DNA of 64,000 nucleotides from an uncultured Cellvibrionaceae bacterium (GTDB lineage Bacteria > Pseudomonadota > Gammaproteobacteria > Pseudomonadales > Cellvibrionaceae), in assembly GCA_964456865.1 (NCBI GenBank), contig CAYWCW010000009.1:15494-79493 (forward strand), in the 5' to 3' direction. The notes below the pieces were generated by a model that saw nothing but the letters and a program-made list of their open reading frames with translations, did not search any database and was not told the DNA's origin. Shown in pieces: positions 1-7,594 of the stretch; the first letter of the stretch is position 1, and each line of letters opens with the position of its first letter. The translations under genes and the position numbers were made by a program.

Positions 1-1
1 A

Positions 2-160
2 CGGGTCAATGATATTCGCAAGCTGGGCGCCAAGACCAAAAAAGCCATTGACGGCCAGTGGCTGGAGGCGGCGGATGAAGACGTGACGGATATCGAATTA
101 CCGGAGGTCGACGATGCCCTTGCCCTGGACGCACCCGATGACGATGCCCGGGAGGAATGA
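2..160 (+). CDS. 3' end of an unidentified protein with an acidic tail (partial, runs off window start)
   Basis: Open frame RVNDIRKLGAKTKKAIDGQWLEAADEDV...DDAREE* with GC3-rich codons; TGA at 158-160, 3 nt before the next ATG. Confidence 0.5.
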   Translation, partial: RVNDIRKLGAKTKKAIDGQWLEAADEDVTDIELPEVDDALALDAPDDDAREE

Positions 161-163
161 CCC

Positions 164-625
164 ATGAACCTGAATATGACGCTGTTGTTGCTCGCCGGCA
201 TCATCATCGCCACCTTGTCCGGCGTGGCCATTCACCTGCACTGGAAACTTCACCAGCAGCGCCGGTTGCGCGCCGCCCAAGACACCAAAATGGCCGAAGT
301 CGCCCGTGAGCAGCGCGACAGGATCAATGGCAGCATCCAGATCATCGCCCAGGCGACGCTGGCGGATGACGTGAGCCTGACCGAAGCCAGCATCCGCATT
401 TCCATGCTGCTGGACAGCCTGGATGTGGCCGATACCACCCGCGAGGAGTTTTCCGCGTTTTATCAACTGCGCGAGGTCACTGCCCATATCCCTATCCTGG
501 ATGCCTGGAAACAACTGAGCCGTGTGGAACAGGCCCGCTTCGATCTGCAACGGATGCAGCACGAGGCAACCTATGGTGATTTTGTGCGGGACGCGGCCAA
601 GCGGATTCGGGGCAAGGCGTTCTGA
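164..625 (+). CDS. DUF2489-like membrane-anchored protein
   Basis: N-terminal TM helix, then SIQIIAQA...LTEASIRI...LLD and HIPILDAWKQL motifs as recalled for DUF2489. Confidence 0.72.
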   Translation: MNLNMTLLLLAGIIIATLSGVAIHLHWKLHQQRRLRAAQDTKMAEVAREQRDRINGSIQIIAQATLADDVSLTEASIRISMLLDSLDVADTTREEFSAFYQLREVTAHIPILDAWKQLSRVEQARFDLQRMQHEATYGDFVRDAAKRIRGKAF

Positions 626-721
626 GGGGACAGTAATATCCAGCCCGTGCGGGGCGTAGGCGATAAACCCCATGAGGAAGCCTGATTCATGCCGGGTGGA
701 CGTGTACAGTGCCGCCAGACC

Positions 722-1489
722 CTAGTGCTTCTTTTCGGTCAGATATTTCCAATACCGCTTGGGCACATGCCGCAGGTGCAGCTTGATCTTGTGGCGTTCC
801 TTGATATTCACCGACTGGAAGTATTGTTTCCACAGCTGCTGGTAACCATCTTCCATCCCATCCACAGAAGATTGAATACTGTCCATGGCATCGCTCAGGA
901 TGGGCGAGAAAGCATCGACAAACGTCATATCCTGCAGGTCATAGTACAACCCGTAATCCCTGGTGGTATCAAAAATTACCCAGGGCTGGTCGGCGTAGCG
1001 GCGGCAGAAGTGATCGCCAATCAACGGAATGACATTGAAATCCGGGCTGATGGCGGCGTAATAAATGCCATTGGCGGCCTTTTGGAAGCGAACAAAGGCG
1101 TGCATGCGATGGACTTCGCGGCCGATCATCTTGTTGACCTGGGCGCTGTGGAGCACGTCCGGGTTGGCGAAATTATCCAGGACATTCGGGTTATTTTGAC
1201 GGACGAGCAGCTGCGCAAGCCGGAAGATATGCATTTCCATCCCCGGTAATTCCGACAGGTACAGATGATAAACCAGCTTGCCTGCCTTGCCGTCCGAGCG
1301 CGCATCCAGCCCTTTGATCACGCGTTCGGCTTTTGCGATATCCGTTTGTACTGGATGGATATCATCAAGCAATGATGCTTGATATGCCGCTTGATTCACG
1401 ATATCCACCGGCACAACACGATCGGCAAAACAATCGAAGATCGCTGTCAGCAGGCCATCGAAACTGCCGTCATACAGGCAAAGGCTCAC
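722..1489 (-). CDS. TIGR03915/DUF4130-type putative DNA metabolism/repair protein
   Basis: YDGSFDGLLTAIF start, REVHRMHAFVRF, HF..RYADQPWVIFD, LWKQYFQSVNIKER, VPKRYWKYLTE; directly downstream of the radical SAM gene. Confidence 0.85.
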   Translation of the reverse strand: MSLCLYDGSFDGLLTAIFDCFADRVVPVDIVNQAAYQASLLDDIHPVQTDIAKAERVIKGLDARSDGKAGKLVYHLYLSELPGMEMHIFRLAQLLVRQNNPNVLDNFANPDVLHSAQVNKMIGREVHRMHAFVRFQKAANGIYYAAISPDFNVIPLIGDHFCRRYADQPWVIFDTTRDYGLYYDLQDMTFVDAFSPILSDAMDSIQSSVDGMEDGYQQLWKQYFQSVNIKERHKIKLHLRHVPKRYWKYLTEKKH

Positions 1490-1492
1490 AGG

Positions 1493-2737
1493 TCACCCAA
1501 ACAGGCTCAGTTGCGGTGTCTGCCGCGCAACAGATTCGCTCGACAGAATCAACTGGCGCAGCCGTTTCGTGTCGTAATCTTTGTGGGAACCGGCAATACC
1601 GGGGCACACAATAAAGTAGCGTGCCCGTTTCAACACAACGCCCATGCGCTGCAAGTGATCCAGGGTCAGACGCTGATGCATGCGTGACTTGACGATTTTC
1701 ATCGCCGACTTCACGCCGATGCCTGGTACACGCAAAATCAATTCATAGTCGGCTCTGTTGATATCCACCGGGAATTTTTCCGGATTGCGCAAGGCATAGC
1801 TGACTTTCGGGTCGACGTCCAGGTCCAGGTTGGGATGCGCCTCGCTGACAATCTCAGCGACAGAGAATTTATAGAAACGCAGCAGCCAATCCGCCTGATA
1901 CACGCGATTTTCCCGCACCAGGGGTGGTGCGGTTAACGCAGGCACACGGTTATCTGTCGCAATCGGCACATAACCTGAGTAATAAACCCGCTTGAGCCGC
2001 TGCTGTTTGTAGAGGCCATCCGCCAAATTCAAAATCTGTAGATCATTCTCCGGCGACGCGCCGACAATCAGCTGCGTGCTTTGTCCCGCCGGCAAAAACA
2101 ACGGTGTTTTTTTAATGTGCTTTTTCTCATCCATGTAGCGCGTCTTTTCATCGCTCAGGTAATTCATGGGGGTGATGATGTTCTTGTAATTTTTCTCCGG
2201 TGCGACTTTTTTCAGGCTCATCTCCGATGGGATTTCAATATTCACACTCAGGCGATCCGCATACAAACCGGCTTCATGCAATAACTCCGGACTCGCGCCG
2301 GGAATCGCTTTCAGGTGAATATACCCGTTGAAGTTATGCTGTTGGCGCAGGGTTTTGGCCACGCGTACCAATCGTTCCATGGTGTGATCCGCATCTTTAA
2401 AGATGCCGGAACTGAGGAACAGGCCTTCGATGTAATTGCGGCGATAGAAATTGATCGTAAGGTCGACCACCTCTTCCACCGTAAACGCCGCGCGGCGTAC
2501 ATCATTGCTGCGCCGGCTTACGCAGTAAGCGCAATCAAAGATGCAGTGATTGGTAAACAGGATCTTCAGCAGGGAGACGCAGCGGCCATCTTCGGTGTAA
2601 CTGTGGCAAATGCCCATGCCATCGGAGTTGCCAAGGCCCTTATTGTGGTTGGCGCGCCTGCTGCCGCTGGACGAGCAGGATGCATCGTATTTGGCGGCAT
2701 CGGATAGGATGGTGAGCTTTTCAAGGGTTCGGTTCAT
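1493..2737 (-). CDS. Putative DNA modification/repair radical SAM protein with helix-hairpin-helix (TIGR03916-type)
   Basis: AAKYDASCSSSG, GICHSYTEDGRCVSLLKIL, CxxxCxxC (CIFDCAYC), HhH RVPGIGVKSA. Confidence 0.9.
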   Translation of the reverse strand: MNRTLEKLTILSDAAKYDASCSSSGSRRANHNKGLGNSDGMGICHSYTEDGRCVSLLKILFTNHCIFDCAYCVSRRSNDVRRAAFTVEEVVDLTINFYRRNYIEGLFLSSGIFKDADHTMERLVRVAKTLRQQHNFNGYIHLKAIPGASPELLHEAGLYADRLSVNIEIPSEMSLKKVAPEKNYKNIITPMNYLSDEKTRYMDEKKHIKKTPLFLPAGQSTQLIVGASPENDLQILNLADGLYKQQRLKRVYYSGYVPIATDNRVPALTAPPLVRENRVYQADWLLRFYKFSVAEIVSEAHPNLDLDVDPKVSYALRNPEKFPVDINRADYELILRVPGIGVKSAMKIVKSRMHQRLTLDHLQRMGVVLKRARYFIVCPGIAGSHKDYDTKRLRQLILSSESVARQTPQLSLFG

Positions 2738-2757
2738 GACTCAACATAACACGGATG

Positions 2758-2777
2758 TACTGTATTTGCATACAGTA
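2758..2777. promoter_or_regulatory. LexA (SOS) box, gammaproteobacterial type
   Basis: TACTGTATTTGCATACAGTA = CTGT-N8-ACAG with consensus TA flanks, 20 nt upstream of the radical SAM ATG. Confidence 0.85.
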
Positions 2778-2800
2778 CATCCGTGTCGTATGGGAGTCAA
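2772..2800 (-). promoter_or_regulatory. sigma70 promoter of radical SAM/TIGR03915 operon
   Basis: Minus strand TTGACT (2800-2795), 17-nt spacer, TACTGT (2777-2772); the -10 lies inside the LexA box. Confidence 0.7.
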
Positions 2801-2886
2801 GGCGGGAAATGTGGGCAATGTTCAGCAGAGCCGGGCTGGTGCCTGCCCCGGGACGAATCCCAACAGCTTGATTCAAGGGCGGTTTT

Positions 2887-4029
2887 TCATGGCGGATCGC
2901 GATCAATGGCTCCCGGGTCAGGGCGGTGGCCCGAATCAACTATTCTCTTTTCCAGCACCACCCCGCACTCCAGATGATGGGTATAGGGAAACTGGTCAAA
3001 TACCGCGAAATCCGTGATCTCATGGGTTTTCACCAGAGTGTCCAGGTTCGCGCGCAGTGTCTGCGGATTGCAGGATATATACACGATCCGTTCAAACCGC
3101 TGGCAAATACCCAGGGTCGCATCATCCAGTCCGGCGCGCGGCGGGTCCACAAAGATATTGCGGAAGTCATAATCATCCAGGTCGATGTGGCGCAGCCGGA
3201 AGAAAGGCCGCACTTTATCCAGGGCTTGCGCAAACTCCTCCGCCGCAAGCCGGGCGATGGCGATATTCGCAATGCCATTGCGTGCGATATTGAATTGCGC
3301 GGAGTCCACCGAGGTACTCGATACCTCGGTCGCCAGCACCTTGCGGAAATTGCATGACAGCGGCAGGGTGAAGTTGCCATTGCCACAATACAGTTCCACC
3401 AGATCGCCGGTGAAGCCGCGGGTTTTTTCCACTGCCCAGTTCAGCATCTTTTCACAGACGGCTGCGTTGGGCTGGGTGAAGCCGCCCTCCACCTGCTGGT
3501 ACTCGACATACCGCCCGTCCACCTGGAACCTTTCCATCACATAGTCGCGGCCCAGCACGATTTTTTGTTTGCGGCTGCGGCCCACCAGCTGGATATCCAG
3601 GGTCTTGCGCAGGGTGTCCGCCGCCGCCTGCCAATGGTCATCCAGGGGTTTGTGATAGATCAGCGTCACCAGCGCCTCGCCATGCAAGCTGGTGAGGAAG
3701 TCCACCTGGTACAGCTTGTGTTTGAGCAAGGGCTCGCTGTTCAACGCCTCGACCAGCGGTGGGATCAGTTGATTGATCCGCGCTGAACCGATGGGGAAGT
3801 CGTGTACCGCGACGGGTGTGCGCCCGTGATCGCCACCGAACATCACCAGCTCCAATGAGTCCCCCTTGTGCCAGGCACGGAACTCGGCGCGCATGCGGAA
3901 GTGTTCGCGGGGGGATTCGACTACCTGGATATCCGGTGGCAACAACCCGGTAAAATCAGCGCGCAATTGCGCGAGTTTGGCGGCAAGTTGCTGGTTGTAG
4001 GCAGCGGGGTCGAACACAAAAGAGGTCAT
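2887..4029 (-). CDS. trmA: tRNA (uracil-54-C5)-methyltransferase TrmA
   Basis: HFRMRAEFRAWH, FTQPNA, LVELYCGNGNF, FVDPPRAG, YISCNP, DQFPYTHHLECG; start taken at second Met (4029). Confidence 0.92.
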   Translation of the reverse strand: MTSFVFDPAAYNQQLAAKLAQLRADFTGLLPPDIQVVESPREHFRMRAEFRAWHKGDSLELVMFGGDHGRTPVAVHDFPIGSARINQLIPPLVEALNSEPLLKHKLYQVDFLTSLHGEALVTLIYHKPLDDHWQAAADTLRKTLDIQLVGRSRKQKIVLGRDYVMERFQVDGRYVEYQQVEGGFTQPNAAVCEKMLNWAVEKTRGFTGDLVELYCGNGNFTLPLSCNFRKVLATEVSSTSVDSAQFNIARNGIANIAIARLAAEEFAQALDKVRPFFRLRHIDLDDYDFRNIFVDPPRAGLDDATLGICQRFERIVYISCNPQTLRANLDTLVKTHEITDFAVFDQFPYTHHLECGVVLEKRIVDSGHRPDPGAIDRDPP

Positions 4030-4100
4030 GCGGCAGTCTGTTGTCAAGGGTCGGATAACGCCCCGCGGGGCGGGGCGCCATCTTAACCCAGCAGGTAAAA

Positions 4101-4856
4101 TTATTCCTGCCTGCGTTCACACTGGCCCCATTCGCAAACCATCAGTGCCAGGGGTGCCTGGTCACAGTAGATCGCGTAGGTTTCCCTGGGCCAGTCATTG
4201 AACAACACCAGTTTGCGGGGTTGGGCACAGGTCTGCTTGAAGCCGTCTTCCAGTACAAACCAGGTGCGTCCGGGCGTCTGGACGACCGGCGTTTTGAAGG
4301 CCAGGGTAGGGATGGCATCTATCTGGATGCTGCCACTCTGGATATTGCCGCTGTCGGTTTCGCCCGGATTGAAGGGCAGCCGGCTGTGATCGAGGCCGGC
4401 GGCGAGATCCAGCTCTTCCCTGGCGATCTTTTTGAGGCGGTTCATGCAGAATCGTTGCTGGTTGATGGTGGTGCGCTGGCTGAAATTGAGTTCATCGAGC
4501 GCCTTTTGCCGGGCGTCGTGGGTGAGGCGCGTGGCGTGCAGGCTGATGAGCTGCCCACCGTAGAGCAATCCTTCGGTTTGCTGCTGCCGGGTGTAGTAAT
4601 CATCGGCGGCGGCGATCAACGGCCAGTTTTTTTGCAGCCAGTCCTGTTGGACATTGAGCGCTTCCAGCTCCACGTCATCGCCCAGGGTTTCGCACTGGCT
4701 GAACAGGGTATTGGTGTACACCGTTTGCGACAACAGGTTTTCGAGCAGTTGCTGCTGTTGCTCGGGACTGCTGGTAGGGGGCGTGTGGCTGCAAGCCGTG
4801 AGCAACAGGGCCAACCCCAGTGTCAGCAGGCCTGACCGCGGTTGTGGAATCGTCAT
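4101..4856 (-). CDS. Hypothetical lipoprotein
   Basis: Signal peptide with lipobox LLTAC; several Cys, C-terminal CEWGQC; start at MTIPQ inferred. Confidence 0.7.
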   Translation of the reverse strand: MTIPQPRSGLLTLGLALLLTACSHTPPTSSPEQQQQLLENLLSQTVYTNTLFSQCETLGDDVELEALNVQQDWLQKNWPLIAAADDYYTRQQQTEGLLYGGQLISLHATRLTHDARQKALDELNFSQRTTINQQRFCMNRLKKIAREELDLAAGLDHSRLPFNPGETDSGNIQSGSIQIDAIPTLAFKTPVVQTPGRTWFVLEDGFKQTCAQPRKLVLFNDWPRETYAIYCDQAPLALMVCEWGQCERRQE

Positions 4857-4878
4857 GATAGGAACCCTCGACAATCAA

Positions 4879-6399
4879 TTATTGTGTAGTCTGTTTGGCA
4901 ACCGGCAGGGCGATACTGAAGCGTGTGCCCTGGCCGGGCGCCGAGTCCACCAGAATCCGGCCTTTATGGTGTTCGGTGATGATGAAGTAGGAAACCGATA
5001 ATCCCAGCCCCGTACCCTTGCCCACGTCCTTGGTGGTGTAAAAGGGCTCGAAGACGTGGCTCCTGACTTCCGCCGACATCCCGGGGCCGTTGTCGATGAC
5101 GTCGATCATCACGCTCTCGCCTTCAACGAAGGCACGCACGCGGATACAGGGTTGCTGCGGTGGCGAAAAGGTCTTGTTCGCCAGGGCCTGCCGGGCATTG
5201 CGCAACAGGTTGAGGATCACCTGTTGCAGTTCCGGCCCGCTGCCCATGACCTGGGGCAGCTGCTCGCTGTATTCGCGCAGAATCTGTGCGGATTTTATTG
5301 TGGCGTCTTTGTGGCTGTCCGTGTTGATGCTTAGGTCAATACTGTGATCGAGCACACTTTTGAGGTCGATGGGGCCGGGTTGGCGGTTGCTGGAGTGGGA
5401 GAACTCCAGCATGTTGCTGACGATCTGGGCCGAGCGTTCGCCCGCCTCGCGGATGTCTTCCATGAAGCGGTAGACGCCGCGCTCCCGCAGGTATTGCTGC
5501 AAGGCTTCCATATCCAGGTTCAGTGCCATGGCGAGGTCACGGTTTTTTTCAAAGGTTGGCGAGGTGCGGCGGTAGATGTTTTGCAGGCTGTTGAGGATGG
5601 CTCCAATGGGGTTGTTGATTTCGTGGGCGATGCCCGCCGCCAGTTCCCCCAGGGAAAACATCTTTTCATTCTGGATCATCATGTGTTCGATTTTCACCCG
5701 GCTGGTGACATCATCCAGCCGGATCACCGCGCCTATACCCTGGGCGGCAATCAGGGGATAGATGGTCAGGTCGGTGTACTGCGCTTCGCTGCCCTGGCCC
5801 ACCTGCATGTTTTCCTTGCTGAAGGGTTCGCCGGCCTCGATGGTGCGCGCAATGAGCTCCTGGGTGATCACGCTGCTGGGATAGATGGCGGACAGGGGCT
5901 GGCCCAGGGCCCGCTCGGTGTGGATGCCGGTGCTGCGTTCCGCCGCCGTGTTCCAGTGGGTGATGACGCCTTGTTGTGTCACGCCGATGATGACCGAGGG
6001 CATGGCGTTGAGGATGCTGTGCAGGTACTCCTGGGTTTCGCGCAGTAACAGCACCGTTGCCTCGTGACGGACGATTTCATCCTGTAATTTGAGATTGGTG
6101 ATTTCGAGCGTCGCGGTGCGCTCGGCGATGCGCTGCTCCAGTTTTGTCTGCGATTGCTTGAGTGCCCGGCGCGCGCGTTTGTTGTTGAGGCGGCTGCGTT
6201 GCAGGCCGATGATCAGCAGGGTTTGCAGCGCAAGCAGCAGGCTGATGATGGCCCAGAGCAGGGTGCCTTCCGACTCGACGGATTCGGCATGGGCAGCCAG
6301 GGGCAATCCCCAGAGGCAAATCCCGGCGCCAATGCCCCGCAGGCGGCGGGTTGAGGTGTCGATAGTGGTGTTAATAGGCTCAAGGTCGCTGTCTTGCAC
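4879..6399 (-). CDS. PAS-domain sensor histidine kinase (NtrB/HisKA type)
   Basis: TM, coiled coil, PAS (WNTAAERSTG), H-box ELAAGIAHEINNP, N-box QVILNLLRNA, DNGPG, G-box GTGLGL. Confidence 0.88.
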   Translation of the reverse strand: MQDSDLEPINTTIDTSTRRLRGIGAGICLWGLPLAAHAESVESEGTLLWAIISLLLALQTLLIIGLQRSRLNNKRARRALKQSQTKLEQRIAERTATLEITNLKLQDEIVRHEATVLLLRETQEYLHSILNAMPSVIIGVTQQGVITHWNTAAERSTGIHTERALGQPLSAIYPSSVITQELIARTIEAGEPFSKENMQVGQGSEAQYTDLTIYPLIAAQGIGAVIRLDDVTSRVKIEHMMIQNEKMFSLGELAAGIAHEINNPIGAILNSLQNIYRRTSPTFEKNRDLAMALNLDMEALQQYLRERGVYRFMEDIREAGERSAQIVSNMLEFSHSSNRQPGPIDLKSVLDHSIDLSINTDSHKDATIKSAQILREYSEQLPQVMGSGPELQQVILNLLRNARQALANKTFSPPQQPCIRVRAFVEGESVMIDVIDNGPGMSAEVRSHVFEPFYTTKDVGKGTGLGLSVSYFIITEHHKGRILVDSAPGQGTRFSIALPVAKQTTQ

Positions 6400-6581
6400 G
6401 GGATATCCCTGAATCCAGGCGTCTGTCGGTCGAGCCGCTAGTCTAATCCCTGTGGCGTCCGATCTCTACTTGCACCGCCGGTGAGCACCGGTTCGCCCCC
6501 GGCCGCCGGACAGCTCAAATATCGAGCAAAAACAATCACATGGCCGCTTTCATCCGGTGCGGTGCGCCCCTCTAAAAGTGT

Positions 6582-6609
6582 TTGACAAGACATTCGATTC
6601 GGGTAGAAT
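6582..6609 (+). promoter_or_regulatory. sigma70 stable-RNA promoter for tRNA-Val/Asp
   Basis: TTGACA (6582-6587), 16 nt, TAGAAT (6604-6609), followed by GC-rich discriminator GCGCACC. Confidence 0.75.
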
Positions 6610-6626
6610 GCGCACCTCCTCAGCAC

Positions 6627-6702
6627 GGGCGGTTAGCTCAGTTGGTAGAGCAATGCCCTTACAAGGCATGGGTCACAAGTTCGAGTCTTGTACCGCCCAC
6701 CA
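6627..6702 (+). tRNA. tRNA-Val (TAC)
   Basis: GGGCGGT/ACCGCCC acceptor stem, anticodon arm ATGCC-CTTACAA-GGCAT, TTCGA loop, encoded CCA, 76 nt. Confidence 0.95.
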
Positions 6703-6734
6703 CTTTTTCTCACAAGGCAAAAGTGTTTCTCTGC

Positions 6735-6811
6735 GGACCGGTAGTTCAGTCGGTTAGAATGCCGGCCTGTCACGCCGGAGGTCGCGGGTTCGAGTCCCGT
6801 CCGGTCCGCCA
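6735..6811 (+). tRNA. tRNA-Asp (GTC)
   Basis: GGACCGG/CCGGTCC acceptor stem, anticodon loop CTGTCAC, GGTTCGAGTCC T-arm, encoded CCA, 77 nt. Confidence 0.97.
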
Positions 6812-6819
6812 TTTCCTCT

Positions 6820-6846
6820 AGCCCCTTCATGGGGGTTTTCTTTTTT
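6820..6846 (+). terminator. Probable intrinsic terminator after tRNA pair
   Basis: AGCCCC-TTCAT-GGGGGTT hairpin followed by TTCTTTTTT. Confidence 0.6.
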
Positions 6847-6866
6847 GTGCCTCCTTTTGTGCCTCC
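6843..6866. repeat. 12-bp tandem duplication
   Basis: TTTTGTGCCTCC at 6843-6854 and 6855-6866. Confidence 0.8.
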
Positions 6867-7166
6867 TGACAATCCGAATCTCATAGACCCGTGTCCTGGC
6901 CAGCAGATATTCATATCCTGGTTAGTTGCTGACCGGTCCCGTCCTTTATGGTGCCGCTCTGGTGTTTTATGTGACCAGTGGTGGCGAGCTTGACGAGGCC
7001 AACCTGGGTCTTCTGCCCTGGATGCCAGTCATCTTCGCGGTCTGCCTGACACGGGGACTCAGGGTTCAGTCTACGGAAGGGAATCGCCACTGACACGGAT
7101 TTGTCATGGGGTGCGTATAGAGTGGTTCCGGGTGGCCAGATGGATGCAAAGGTCTGTAAAGCCCGG

Positions 7167-7194
7167 GGAACTTGTCCCTGCCACTGTTTTCATA
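7167..7194 (+). promoter_or_regulatory. Candidate sigmaE/AlgU-type promoter upstream of small acidic ORF
   Basis: GGAACTT (7167-7173), 16 nt, TCATA (7190-7194). Confidence 0.4.
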
Positions 7195-7259
7195 ATGGAA
7201 CACGTGATTTACGCTTGAACCGCAACCAACCAGAACCTCAACCAACCAGGGAGATGACC

Positions 7260-7340
7260 ATGCAGGACTATATCGAAGACCTGCTGGATATCGTCGATGA
7301 GCTCGACGATGACAGCACCGAGGACTACTCAGACCTCTGA
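7260..7340 (+). CDS. Small acidic protein MQDYIEDLLDIVDELDDDSTEDYSDL (26 aa)
   Basis: RBS AGGGAG 6 nt before ATG, host-like GC3-rich codons, hairpin immediately after stop. Confidence 0.6.
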   Translation: MQDYIEDLLDIVDELDDDSTEDYSDL

Positions 7341-7348
7341 ACCCAACG

Positions 7349-7372
7349 CATCCCCGGGAGTCTCCCGGGATG
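7349..7372 (+). terminator. Strong hairpin after small ORF (terminator-like or stabilising)
   Basis: CATCCCCGGGAG-T-CTCCCGGGATG, 11 bp with one bulge; no clear U-tract. Confidence 0.45.
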
Positions 7373-7594
7373 GGTTGTGGCCCCGCCGCTTTTGCCTTTC
7401 CCTCATGACACGACCATCCCGAAGTTTCTGCCAAGCCTGTCACAGCAAAAACTGCTACTGGCACCACAATTTACGTTGTCTTCGTCGCAAAATTGATCAA
7501 AGCCCTCCGCCTGTGATCCGGATAGCCGATCAATCGGTGAGCCTGGCTTATACTGACACCATCTTTCAGCCGTGATCTGGAGCCGGGCAGATTC

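Noticed and set aside
7060-7200. Cobalamin riboswitch (CTGTAA and GCCACTG present)
   Set aside because: Flanking CCCGCAA and GGGAAG elements and the motif order are missing
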